NCBI RefSeq assembly: GCF_009834535.1 | Contig: NC_045697.1 | Location: forward strand, 50,780,001-50,844,000 | Origin: Camelus ferus | Lineage: Eukaryota | Length of the DNA: 64,000 nt | Reading direction: 5' to 3' | Shown here: positions 37,391 to 50,140 of the stretch, in pieces | Layout: the number at the start of each line of letters is the position of its first letter | Numbering within the stretch: position 1 is the first letter of the stretch | Position numbers and translations under genes: made by a program | The notes under the pieces: generated by a model | The model's database searches: none | Seen by the model: only the letters and a program-made list of their open reading frames with translations | Told to the model about the DNA's origin: nothing

Positions 37391-38079
37391 AACAATAACA
37401 ACACCAACAAAACAAAGTTCAAAAGAGAAAAATGGCAAGAGAATGTATCTTATAGTTAATTTTTGTCACAAATATTTTTCATAAATCTAATTACGGATTT
37501 CCAATGAAAAAACACTTTTATGCATTTTGAAATATTATTTCCATAAGAATTGGCAATTAGGAAATTGATCCCAGTGACATAAGAGGTGTTGCAATGCCAA
37601 ACCAAAAGTTACAAAAATCCTAGAAATTCTGGCTAGTGTTGAACTATGAGTACTTTACTAACCCACTGAGATCTTGAAGCATACCTTCCCCTAGAGAGTA
37701 AGTTGAGGCCACTTAACAAAATGTTTGGTTTGAATCATTTTGGTTTCAAAAAATTCAGTGTTAGTAAAGCAGACTGGAATTCATTTTCTTTGGAACAAAA
37801 TGTTTCATGGAAACAACCCTTATTTTTCCCTAATTTAAATTGGAGAACTAGACTGGTGAATGCTACGACCAAGGATTATGTCACAGAAAAGAGATAAATA
37901 GTAGTAGTTAATGTATTATAAATAGACCAGAGCTAGTTTCTTTCACAAGTGATTCTTTCAGTCACAACCATATGTGATTATGCACAAGTGTTTTTTTTTT
38001 AATAGTAAATGAAAGTTTTATATGAAGTATATCTAATTGGCTTTCCAAGATGGTTTGAAAATAAAGTCATAATTCAAAT

Positions 38080-38860
38080 TGAGGCAGTACAATACATGAA
38101 GGAGAGAATTGACAATCTGGACTTTATTAAAATTAAAATTTTCTATTCTGAGAAAGACACTACCAAGAGAATGAAAAGTCAAGCACCAAACAAGGAGAAA
38201 ATATTTGCAAAAGAATTATTTGATAAAGGGATGTTGTCCAAAATATACAAAGAACTCTTAAAACTCAACAATTAGAACACAAATAACATGATTAAAAAAT
38301 AAGACACAGCAATCCCACTTCTGGGCATATATCTGGAGGGAATGCTAATTTGAAAAGGCACATGCACCCTTCAATGTTCATAGTCATACTATTTACAATA
38401 GCCAAGATATGGAAACAACCTACATGTCCATCCACAGATGACTGGATAAAGAAGTTGTGGTATATTTATACAGTGGAATACTATTCAGCCATAAAAAAGA
38501 ATAAAATAATGCCATTTGCAGCAACATTGATGGACCTAGAGATCATCATTCTAAGTGAAGTAAGCCAGAAATAGAAAGAAAAATACTATATGATATCACT
38601 CATATGTGGAATCTAAAAAAAGAAAAAAGACACTGTGAACTCATCTACAAAACAGAGGTGGAGTTGCAGACATAGTAAACAATCTTATGGCTACTGGGGA
38701 AATGGGGTGGGAAGGGATAAATTTGGGAGTTCAAGATTTGCAAATGTTAGCCTCTATATGTAAAAATAGATTTAAAAAACAAACAAACAAACAAAAACAA
38801 ACAAAGAAATACAATAAGATGGCAGAGAACAAAAAAAAAAAAAAAAAGAAAGAAAGAAAA
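38080..38860 (+). mobile_element. L1 ORF2 fragment with a younger L1 3' segment (about 38304-38810) inserted
   Basis: Translations IDNLDFIKIK...IYKELLKLNN and FTIAKIWKQP...MDLEIIILSEVSQ; A-rich tail. Confidence 0.85.
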
Positions 38861-39863
38861 AGAATTATTCCTGGTTGTTTGATGGAAACAACTAAGTGTA
38901 TGGTGATGCCATTTATTGAGATGTAAAAGACTAGGGATGGAACATGTTGAGATGGTAGTGGATTTAAGAATTTTTACCTAAACATAAAAAGTTTGAAAAG
39001 CCTGTGAAATGTCCAAATGGAAATGTCAAGGGGGAAGTTGTATATGAGTTTGGAACTCAGGGAAGTAGTCTGTGCTGTGGTTATTACGTGAGAGACCTCA
39101 GCACAGAGAACTACTTATGGAATCTACCTAGTGAGAGATCTAAAAAGAAATCATGGTCTAGAACAGTGCCTTGAGGACCCGATATGTAATGATCTCTGGT
39201 TGCAGAGTATTTATCCTTATGTTGAAGTCACTTCCTTCTTTCTGCTTTATCCAACCTTTTTCATCTTCTCTAGGTTCTGGCACATTACTTCATACCAATT
39301 TTCCACAATTTTTATGACAGCCCTGCAAAACAAATGCTTCTATTTGTATATACAGTGGTCCCATTCCAAAATAAATCTCAGAGAAGTTAACCAACCTGTA
39401 TCATTTACAGGTCTTATGAATGATAGTTTCTGATTCCAAGGCCCCTGATCTTTTCACTTGTCCACATTGCCTCCCAAAGAAAGTCTTTATGCTGATATCT
39501 GGTGGGATGCTAGCATCTGTTCTCAAACTTTCTCAGTGAACTTTACAGAATCTTCTCTTTTGCTGCTCCCTCCACTGTCCTCAAAAATAGCTTTTTCAAC
39601 ATCAGCACATAAAAAGGTTTCTATTTTTCCCCACCATTTGGTGGGTATTTAAGTATTTAATATACATATCCCTTCCTTTCTGTTCATTTCCTTTCTCTTC
39701 CATTTCTTTTCTTCTCTTCTCCAAATTCCAAATATCCACTCAACATTCTTTAACACTCAGGCTGAGACTGTGGTCTCAGAGGTATTGGTAATCTTTGGTC
39801 ATTGAACAATCTCTATAGGAGGACTTTTTCAGCATATTTGCCCTTCTGATTATTTTATCAATA

Positions 39864-40324
39864 TTTCTTTTTTTATTGAAGTATAGTCAGTTTACAATGT
39901 GTTAATTTCTGGTGTACAGCATAGTGATTCAGTTATACACACACACACATATATATATATATATATTCCTTTTCATATTCTTTTTCATTATAGGCTATTA
40001 CAAGTTATTGAATATGGTTCCCTGTGCTCTACAGTAGGACCTTCCTGTTTATCTACTTTATATGTAGTAGTTAGTATCTGCAAACCCCGAACTCTTAATA
40101 TATTCCTCTGCCCTTGCCTTTCCCCCAAGTAACCACAAGTTTGTCTTCTATGTTTCTATGTAAATAAGTTCATTTGTGTAATTTTTTACATTCCACATAT
40201 AAGTGATATCATGTAATTTTCTTTCTTTTTCTGGTTTACTTCACTTAGTATGACAATCTCCAGGTCCATCAATGTTGCTGCGAATGTCATCATTTTATTC
40301 TTTTTCATGGCTGAGTAGTATTCT

Positions 40325-40361
<37 letters not shown>

Positions 40362-41307
40362 ACATACATACCACATCTTTATCCAGTCATCTGTTGGTGG
40401 ACATTTAAGTTGCTTCCATGTCTTGGCTATTGTAAATAGTGCTGCTAGGAACATTGGGGTGCATGGATCTTTTCAAATTAGAATTTCCTCTGGATATATG
40501 CTTAGATGTTGGATTGTTAGATCATATGGTAAGTCTGTTTTTAGTTTCTTAAAGAATCTCTGTACTGTTTTCCATAATGGCTGCACCAAACTACATTTCC
40601 ACCAACAGTGTAAAAGGGTTCCTTTTTTTCCACACTCTTTTCAGCATTCATCATTTGTGGACTTTTGAATGACAGCCATTCTGACTGGTGTGAAGTGATA
40701 CTTCTTTGTAATTTTCATTTGCATTTCTCTAATAACTAGCAAAATTGAGCACTTTTTCATGTGCCTATTGGCCATTTGTATGTCTTCAGTGGAGAAATGT
40801 TTGTTTAAGTCTTCTGCTTATTTTTGTATTGGGTTGTTTGTTTGTTTGTTTATTTTGTTACTGAGTTGTATGAGCTCTTTGTAATTATGGAAATTAAGCC
40901 CTAATCCTTTGCATTGTTTGCAAATATTTTGTCCATTCCATAGGTTGTCTTTTTGTTTTATTTATGGTTTTCTTTGCTGTGCAAAAGCTTGCAAGTTTAA
41001 TAGGTCCCATTTGTTTATTTTTGCTTTTATTTCTATTGCCTGGGTAGGCTGCCCTAGGAGAACATTGCTAAGGTTTATGTCAGAGAGTGTTTTGTTTATG
41101 TTCTCCTCCAAGAGGTTTATAGTGTCATAAGTCTTTAGGCCATTTTGAGTTTATTTTTGTGTGTAGTGTAAGGAAGTGTTCTAACTTCATTGATTTACAT
41201 GCGGCTTTCCAGTTTTCCTGACACCACTTGCCAAAGAAGCAGTTTTTTCTCCATTGTGTATTCTTGCTTCCTTTGTTGAAGATTAATTGACTGTAGGTGT
41301 GTGGGTA
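39864..41307 (-). mobile_element. 5'-truncated L1 (ORF2 3' part plus 3'UTR) with internal (TG)n and (CA)(TA)n
   Basis: T tail at left; ORF2-like translations YSQLIFNKGSKN...W and EYYSAMKKN...MDLEIVILSE. Confidence 0.9.
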
Positions 41308-42739
41308 TTCCTCCTTACTTATCATCAAGCCAACCTCATTCACTCCTTTCTTGGTCTTATTCTTATCTCAGAAAGACCTGCCAGGGGAGTTGATCCGTTC
41401 AGCTGTAAGGCTGGAGCCAGACCTCATCCTGCTCCAGCTGTTTGATGGTTCTTTCGTTTAAACCACAATTGCCCACCTCAAGAGGGGGTTGTATTACCTT
41501 CTTTCTCTATGGGTGGACATGCTTAGAGGAAGAATTTCCACAAACTTTATTCCACTCATCTTCAGAGCAGATGTCTTTCCCCGAAGTCCCACAGCAGATA
41601 TGATTTAAATGTTGAATTTTGCATTGAAACATTTGTTTTGTGTTCATCAAAGAAACTTTTCCTCTTCAGTGTCTGACTTAAGGATTCATTTATCACTGGT
41701 CAATTTATCCAATGTTGAAATTTGTGGGAAACCCCTCATACTTAACGACAGAGGTAAGAATGAGCTGTCTGTTGACTAGCAGTATGAGATGTTGGAGTGC
41801 CCGTACAGAGTCCCAGTAAAAACAATATTAATGCCCAACTGCTCATTCCTGTGTCTGTGATCAGTTAGTTCTGAGAGAGTTTTCATCGGTCTGGCTGCCT
41901 TAATTATGTTATTACCTGTGATACAAATCTTCACATTTAATGTTTTGGTACATACTGAAATTGTGAATTGACTCCAAATCTATTCAAACATGCTTATGAA
42001 TCACAGAAATCTTAAATGGTATTATGATTGGATGTGAACAAATATTTGGAAGATTTACCAACCTATTAAGGGTATGTATATTGGGTAAATGGGAAAAAAA
42101 ATAGAAATAACAGAGTAAACATGGAAAAACTTGTTCTTAAAGAATTTTTGATCTTATTATTGTTGTGATTGAATATAGGAATATAATTCTATATCTACAT
42201 CATACTATAATTCAGCTATCACCTCTCCAAATGCTGGGATTATAAAGACATTTCTTGCTTGTATTTTTCTACATCATTTGATGGCCATGTTGACTGATGC
42301 AGGAGTTGGTTGCCTCTGGCAACAGTTGCTGATGTTGAGAAAAGTTAGTCTTAATTATCCTTATGCTGCTGGAACACGTGATACTGGTTATTGGCCAACA
42401 AAAATTACAGGATGTGGTGTAACATGACGCACTAAATTCTCTGCTGAGTCAGTTTTTAAATTTTTCTCAACTACCTTCCTCTTTCCATCTGGCACTTGAC
42501 TTGACTGTATCTTACTTCTCTTCAAGATCTAACTAGGTCAACACTAGAAAGACTGCGACTATTGGTGTTCTATGTACCTCTTACTCTAAACAAGCATTTT
42601 AACAGTTGAGAAAGGTGAGAAAGATCTTAGTTATCTAAATATTTGCTGCAGTGGAAGGCCAGTGTCTTGGCTCTTCTGATTCTCTTATTTTCTCTTTCTT
42701 TCATTATCCCACCACTAGCCAGCCCCATTCCACCATATG

Positions 42740-42945
42740 ATAAGCAACAGCTAATATTTGATGACAACTTCTTTGTGGCAGATACACTTTATGAATTATC
42801 TTCATTTAATCCTCCCCCAAACACACTAATTTAGCACATTTTTGGGCAAGTGTGTAGAGGTTTGGAGAGGTTGAGTGACTTGACTGAAGTCACACAGGAA
42901 TGTGGTGAAACTGGAGTTCAAAATCAGGCTGTTTGACAGTAGAGT
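42740..42945 (-). mobile_element. MIR SINE
   Basis: tcatttaatcctc ... gagaggttgagtgacttgactgaagtcacacag ... ctggagttcaaa. Confidence 0.65.
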
Positions 42946-43149
42946 CAGTACAGGTAACCACTGCTTGATAGTCTTCCTTGCCTCTCCTGAGGTCCAATTT
43001 GTACACACACAACTTTACCTGCCAAGGAGGATGGGATGTGACCATTTCTGATGGCAGGCAGGTGCGTCAGAGATGCACTGTGAATTTTCATGCTCTTGCC
43101 ACCCATCCCCACCCATTTCTCCATGTCTGTCTCACCATCTCTTCTTTTT

Positions 43150-44200
43150 CTATGCCATTCATTCATTTGTCAAATATTTATTGAGCTTCTACCAAGAAAT
43201 GCTTCCACCACGGAAGATATAACAATAAACCAAACTGAAATTTCTCTCTCAAGGAAAAGTCATTCTATTGGGGGTGACAACTGACAAATTATAGATGTGT
43301 GTGTATATATATAGAGACACACATATAAATATATACATAGACTTCATGTATATTTTATATAGAGTGATATAAGAAGGACTCTAACACTATTATATTTGAG
43401 CAAAACATTGAAAGAAGTGACAGAAAAATTTTACACGCTTTGGGAAAAAAAGTATTCCAGGCAGAGAGACTAGCAGGTGCAAAGATCCCAAGATAGGAAT
43501 TTGCTTAGTATATTTAAGGACCAATGTGGCTGAACAGTTAGAGGTGGTAAGATTGGAGGATTTGTGCCTTTTAGGGTATGAGGAGATCTTTGGATTTCTT
43601 CTAGGTGAATTATAAAGCCATTTGGAGGCTTTCAAACAGAAGAGTGAAATGATCTCTCTTTTTCAAAGTTTACCATGCACTATGTGAACCAGGGAGGCAA
43701 AGATGAAGAGAGAACATTGCAAACAGTTTTAAGACAGATTGGGTGCAAGATCATGATGCTTTGTAGCAGGAGCCTTGAAGCTGGTGAGAAGTCGCTGGGT
43801 TGTGGGTGTCTTTGAAAGGTAGAGCTGACGGGACTTGCTCATGAATTGAGTGCATGGCATGAAATACGTGATGTATTAAGGATGGCTCTGTGATTAGCAT
43901 GAGCAAGTGGAAACATGAAGTTGCAATCATTGAGATAGGAAAACTCAAGGAGAAGGTTGGAAGGGGAATGGCTTGGGGTTTAAAATTTTATGTTGGTCTC
44001 GTTAATGTTAGAAATTCCTATTAGATCACCCAAGTGATGATATAAAGTATTCAACAGTTGCATATAGTACTGGGTGGTTCAGCAGAGAGATTTGGGCTTA
44101 AATTATACAAACTTAGGAGTGATTATCACATGGACGGCATTTAAAGTTAAAGAATTGGATTAGGTCACTTACATAAGTGAGTACAGAATAAAGAAGAGAA
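43150..44200 (-). mobile_element. L2 3' region
   Basis: cattcattcatttgtcaaatatttattgagc terminus and attccaggcagagagactagcaggtgcaaaga motif. Confidence 0.7.
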
Positions 44201-44204
44201 GCTT

Positions 44205-44430
44205 TCCTTTAATTGTTCTAAATCTTAGTTGCACATCAGAATCTCCAAAGGACTTTAAAATACATACAAATATCAGAGCTCTACCACAAACTCATCAAAT
44301 CAAAATCTTTGCAAGTAGAACCCACGAATTCTATATTGCCAGTCAGCTTCACTAGGTGATTGATTATGTAGAAACTGACATATATTTTTTGATTATGTAG
44401 AAACTGACATATGTTTGGGAATTAGTACTA
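44205..44430. mobile_element. MER5-like hAT remnant
   Basis: ttgttctaaatcttagttgcacatcagaatc ... tttgggaattagta pattern. Confidence 0.5.
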
Positions 44431-47400
44431 CAACTATTTGTTTATGTTATACCAGGAATTAATTTTTAATGCTAAGAAGATATTTCCGTCCATATAAGCT
44501 GGCTTCTACTCAAGTCCAAGTTATAGTTTTTCCCTTACCGTAAGTATTCTACCCATATCCATCATCACCTCTATTTTTGCACAATCAGCTCATACAATCT
44601 CCTCAAAGAATAAATCTTCAGTGCCATCTTATTGCTCTCAAAAGCAACAATTTACATGGCCTGAAAGACCCTGCCTGGTGTTGGCCATCTCTCTCTCTCT
44701 GCCTCATCGGGCCCGTCCCCGACACCTTGCTTACTGCACTGCAACCAAATACTGTCTTTCCTCAGTCTCAAAGTCACATCTACATCCTCTTGTTCCCAGG
44801 TTTTGCACGCTATATCCTCTGATGACTTTTTTCTCCCTTTTTTAAACTAATGAACTCTTACTCATCTTTTGACTTCAGTTCTATCATCATTTCCTTAGAA
44901 AGACCTTGCTGACTAACCAAATCCCCGCATGATAGTAGATTATGAAATAAATGTAGGAAATTAGGACCAGCATTTTTCTTAAAAAGAAAAAAAGAATAGA
45001 ATGGAATGAAAAAAAATGCAGAGTGGGTTGCAAATGATAAGAATTATCTCATAAATTTTTGCTTCTGGGTGCACTCAGAAGATGATGCACTCCCCTTGTA
45101 ACACTCTGATAGTTGCAATAGTCTGTGTGTATGATTACCAGCATAATGACTGACTGTCTCGTTAAACTGTAGATCCCATGAGGCCAAAGGACTGTGTCTG
45201 CTTGCTTTTCATTTTATCCATAGTCCTTGATCAAGTGGCTAGCCCTTATCTAAACATTCAAAGCATATTTGTGGGAAGGAGGGAAGAAAGAAGACAGATG
45301 TGGGAATTTACGTTGGGAGCAGGGTAAGCCTGTAGCCTGTGCCATCACACTTTATAGGCCCTAACTAACTTTGCCAAGGTGAGTTCTGTGGGTTCGTTGA
45401 TCTCACATGTGAAAACCACAAGGTTTCCCGTAGTGTTTATTTTTAATAGTGTTTAAATAAATAGTGAAATGCCTTCATTTGCAAGTTATTACGTGAAATG
45501 GTAAGCTCAGGAAATCTGATATTGCTGCAAATTGCATTGTTTCTTGAGATTAGAAACCCAAGTCTTCCTGAGAACTACAGTAAAGATCTTCGTGTGTTTT
45601 AATTCTGGAAACTTATGAAAAATTTAGAGATGATATCAGAACTAATAAATGAGTGTCTTATTTCTGCCTGGGGATACTTTTTCTTCCCCTTGGCATGTCT
45701 TTCACTCACTCCTATAATCAATGTTTCCAGCCTTTCCCACTCTATCTGTTGTAATTTTTCTGTTTCAAGTGTTAGAAAACCCAACCTAAACCAGTTTCCA
45801 GAGAAAAGGGAAATTGGCTATTTAACTGAACATTTCAGCTGGTAATTAGATTCAAGTGTAGCTGAATCCAAGACACTGGTCTCCTGGCCCCACTTCCCTG
45901 GTGCTGGCTCCATTCTTGGGTTCCATGTGGTTGCAGGATGGTGGCTGGTAATCTCAGTCCCTCTGTGCTCTTAAGTTCCTCGGTGTATTTCCCAGCAAAA
46001 TTTCCCCCTTTGTCCCATTAAGGTTCAAATCTGTCCTTGAGCCAATCACTTTGTGCAAAGAAATGTAATACTCTGATTGACCAGACCTAGTCATGTGTCT
46101 AGGGTGGATTCAACTTTTTGTAAAATTCAAGGACTGAGAATGGGGTGGGGGGTGAGATGGTTCCTTGGAGGGAAATCAAGGTATGGGTACCAGAAGGAAA
46201 GTGAACCGACGGCAACAGCAACCATTAAGCACCCCACCTATTGTAACCCCCTCCCCTCTCATTTTCAGCAAATGATCTTCATTTTTACCTCCAGAGATCA
46301 TAAAGTTAATCATGCTTTCTTCATCTTTGTATCTATCTACAACAGCTCTCTCTCATTTCATCAATTATCTTATTTCTTTTGTTCATTTACTCTTTCCTTT
46401 TTCTCCCATAAACCTGTTCAAAGTTTTCCATCTTTAATAAAATGTCTCTGGAATCTACAACTCCCTTAGGTTATCAGCCAATTTTCTTCCTTCCCATAAC
46501 CAGGTTTCTCAATAGCTTTTTTTCCTCTATTAACTTCTGTTTCATTTACTCCTAATCTTGTGACAATGTGGTTTCCACCTTTATCAAAATTGCTGTGACT
46601 AACATTACCAATAGCCTTAAAATGGCCCCAAAACGCCTACTTTCAGTTCTTCTCATTTATGTTTTATTGACCTCACAGAAGAAACAGGGCCAAAGTATAT
46701 TCTTCAAATTTTCTCTCCTCTACAGCTCTGCTACCATTGCCATTCAGGTTTCCATGATCCCTCCCTAAATATTTCTACAGTTTTCTACATGATTTTCTTG
46801 CAATCAACCTCTCCTCCCTTGGGTACAGCGGACCACAGACACCATTTAAATTTAAAAACTTAAATGTGATCATGTTACTCTGTTTAAAACCTGTATTGAA
46901 ACCTACAAGATGAAACAATTCTCTCCCATACCATTAAAGCAGGCTGTGAATTGTGATCAGTAGTGAGATGTGAAAGAGTAGTTTGTTACCAATAAAATAA
47001 CAACAGTTTTCTTTTTTTTTTTTTTTGCATTTTACTTTTGAATTAAAAAATAGGTCTCAAGATAATAATTTTATTTTTAAAAAACTCACTCATTTGCATT
47101 CTAATATACTACCTTAACTGGAAGAGAAATAAGAGAATGCATAGCCAAAGTACTGAAGCTTAGAGATAACCTTCCCTTATACCCACGAGTGTATCTTATA
47201 CATATGAGCATCATCTATCACTTGAAGCAGAAAAAAATGTCGAAAACCACAGCTTAGAATACAGAGTCCCTCATGATCTGGACCTTCTCCTATTTTGCTC
47301 CTGATCACTGCCCCTGCTAAGTGCATTATACTGTAGCCATACCAGGTTTTTTTTATAGTTCCTAAAATGTGTTATATTCTCTAGTGTCTCTGTTGGTCTC

Positions 47401-47453
47401 TTCTATAATCAATGTACTCACATCACAAACTCCTACTTACCCCTTGAGATTCA

Positions 47454-47800
47454 ATTTTTTAATTGAGATATAGTTGATGTATAGTATTATATGTTACAGG
47501 TTTACAACATAGTGATTCACAATTTTTAAAGTTTATACTCTGGTTATAGTTAGCATAAACGAATGGCTATGTTCCTGGTGTTGTACGATATAGCCCTGTA
47601 TCTTATTTATTTTATATGTAATAGTTTGTACCTCTTAATTCCCTACCCCTACCTTGCCTCTTCCCCCTTCCCTCTCCCCACTGGTAACCACTAGTTTGTT
47701 CTCTACATCTATGAGTCTGTTTCCTTTTTGTTACATTCACTAGTTTGTTTTATTTTTTAATTCCTCATTGAAGTACTAACATACAGCATTTGTGTTTCTC
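47454..47800 (-). mobile_element. L1 3' end
   Basis: aattgagatatagttga ... acaacatagtgattcac ... ccactggtaaccactagtttgttctcta. Confidence 0.8.
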
Positions 47801-50022
47801 TAAGAGTCACCTCCTCCAGGATGCCTTCTGAGCCTGTCAGGAGGTGTCTCTCCTCTGTGCTCTCACAAGACTTGGTTGACAGCTTTGCTGTAGCTTTCAA
47901 AGTATAGAATTATCATATGACTGTTTATGTGTGTCTTTCCGATTAGAGAATGAACAACTTATGGGTAACACCATATGCCAATCATTCATCTTTGTTTCTC
48001 CAGCAGCACAACCAAGAACAGTGCCTGGCAGATAGTAAATCTCATGTGTTTGTGGGATGAATTACTTTTTTAGACTATACTGAGTGGCTCCCACATTCAT
48101 GAAGGATAAAACAGAAAGCCAGTGAAAGAGTCATGGTTATAATTTTATATCTTTAATGATGTTCTTTGAAAGTAACATTCTTAAAACTATCTTTCAAAAT
48201 TCTTTATTATTTAGATTTCATATAATTAGATCCTACATTCTTTTCTTAATTCAAATGAAGAAAATCTATTTTCTTCACAAAATGTGAGTTCCTTGAAAAC
48301 AGAAATTACATCATATCTTCTTAGGATCTAGCAAATGTCTGGCACATAGTAGGGAGTTTTGCTGAAATCAAAATAATAAAACCTTCAAATATGAGGTCTC
48401 GGTGCATAAAACTTCTACCGGAATACAGGTTAAATTGGTATAGGTTTTCTCTAAAGATAAGATCATTAACTAGTACTTATTTAAAATTATACTACTTTGA
48501 TTCCTAAATGGCCCCATTCATCCTTACTTCTGTGTTCCATGTTTACTCATGACCCTCTCCAGCTCTGTCAGCACGTATAGGTCAGACTGACCTTAAAATA
48601 CTCAACACAAAGTCCAATTCATCTTTGCATCTGGGGACTCAATCCTTCCTTTCATTAAGGCTATCCTAATGACTGTTGCTTTCCTGGACTTTTAATTCAC
48701 TTATTGCTTTCACAGCACACACAGTACCTTCTCATACACTATGCTTTTCTTAAATTATAGTCCTGTATCATTCAGAATATAAATGCTGATTTCCCATAAT
48801 ATCTAGTTTTTTTAAAAGTTTCATATGTACAACTTGTCATGCCAAATATATTGTAATTTCTTTGTAAGTAACTACTAGGCTGTAAATTATGTTACACTTT
48901 TTACAGTGATGAAATGTTGACCTTTTCACAAAACATCTTCCCCAGTGCTAGGGTATGGCCTGCAGTTCAATCTCCACCTTTTACCTGTTTTCTTGGGACT
49001 GTGTAGTATTCTAGTTTTTGAATAAAGTTCAGCTGCCTTGAACTTAGGATCGAAAGGTACTTCTGGGAAGAGGGAAATTATTTGGCCTCAGAGTGGAGGG
49101 AGAAAAGAGAAAGTCTTAAGGAATACTAAGAGGAAAGAACTCTTAAGCTCCCAGAAAGGAGAAGTAACTCAAGTTATAGACTTATGTATTATCAAAATTC
49201 ACTTAAAAATAATTTAAAATCATGGCTCAGATAAGTAGTGAGAAAGTGTTAAAGGAGCTATTTAACTTATTATTGAGGGAGCTTGAGGGATAATAAATGC
49301 TGGTTCAAAGAAAGAGAGAAGAGATATACATGAATCAATGGGCGGGGAGGGAAATGCTGGAACTAAACTACAAAGCTAGATAAAAACTGACTAGTGTCCT
49401 ACGGAATAATACAATTGTAACATTTGATGATATTTTACTCTATTGGATAGAAATTATTTATATTGTTAATGGGAAAAAAAACAATTTGCATTTGTCAGTC
49501 CCCTATAAAATAATATTTAACTTTACAGAGGTTGGACGTAAGCAATAATAAATAGAAAATCAAACAAAATTACATTCCCTAGAGAGAGAGGTTCAATTTG
49601 TGGGGGCTTTTTAGATAATACTCTGGTATATTATGAGAAAGTTATGCAGTAATCTTCTTGCCTTATTTTCAAATTTCAGAATTTTTTTTCCCTGACAGTA
49701 TAAATTAACAAAGACATCCACATGCCCAGGTTGGCAAGGGAAGATAAAATAGGGTTATTTTCAGCTGCTAGGAAGGAAGGAAGTTGTGTGCCACAGGACA
49801 AGAGAAGCTGGAGAGGGAGTAGTCCATCCTAGTCCATCCTCACGTTCCAGATGATTGACCTAAACATACTGAAAACAGCTTAGCAGTGGATCAGCTGATG
49901 TGGGAAAAGCCGGGACCTGAGCCCTCTTAGGAGGTTGGTTCAAACTGTAAACTTAGGCCTGCTGCTGGGGGATTACTAAGGGCTTTCAACTCATAGCACA
50001 TAATTTAAGAAGATGGCTCAGG

Positions 50023-50140
50023 GTGGGAGAGCATAGCTCAGTGGTAGAGCGTGTGCTTAGCATGCACAAGGTCCTGGGTTCAATCCTCAGTACTGTCATT
50101 AAAATAAATAAGTCTAATTGCTTCCCCCCTAACCATAAAA
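50023..50140 (+). mobile_element. tRNA-derived SINE (Vic-1-like, camelid)
   Basis: A-box tagctcagtggtagag, B-box gggttcaatcc, A-rich tail, 16-bp TSD AAGAAGATGGCTCAGG/AAGAAAATGGCTCAGG. Confidence 0.9.

Noticed and set aside
50023..50095. tRNA-like sequences (also 54599 and 27960-28026)
   Set aside because: They have SINE tails and TSDs and lack a proper acceptor stem, so they are SINEs, not tRNA genes.
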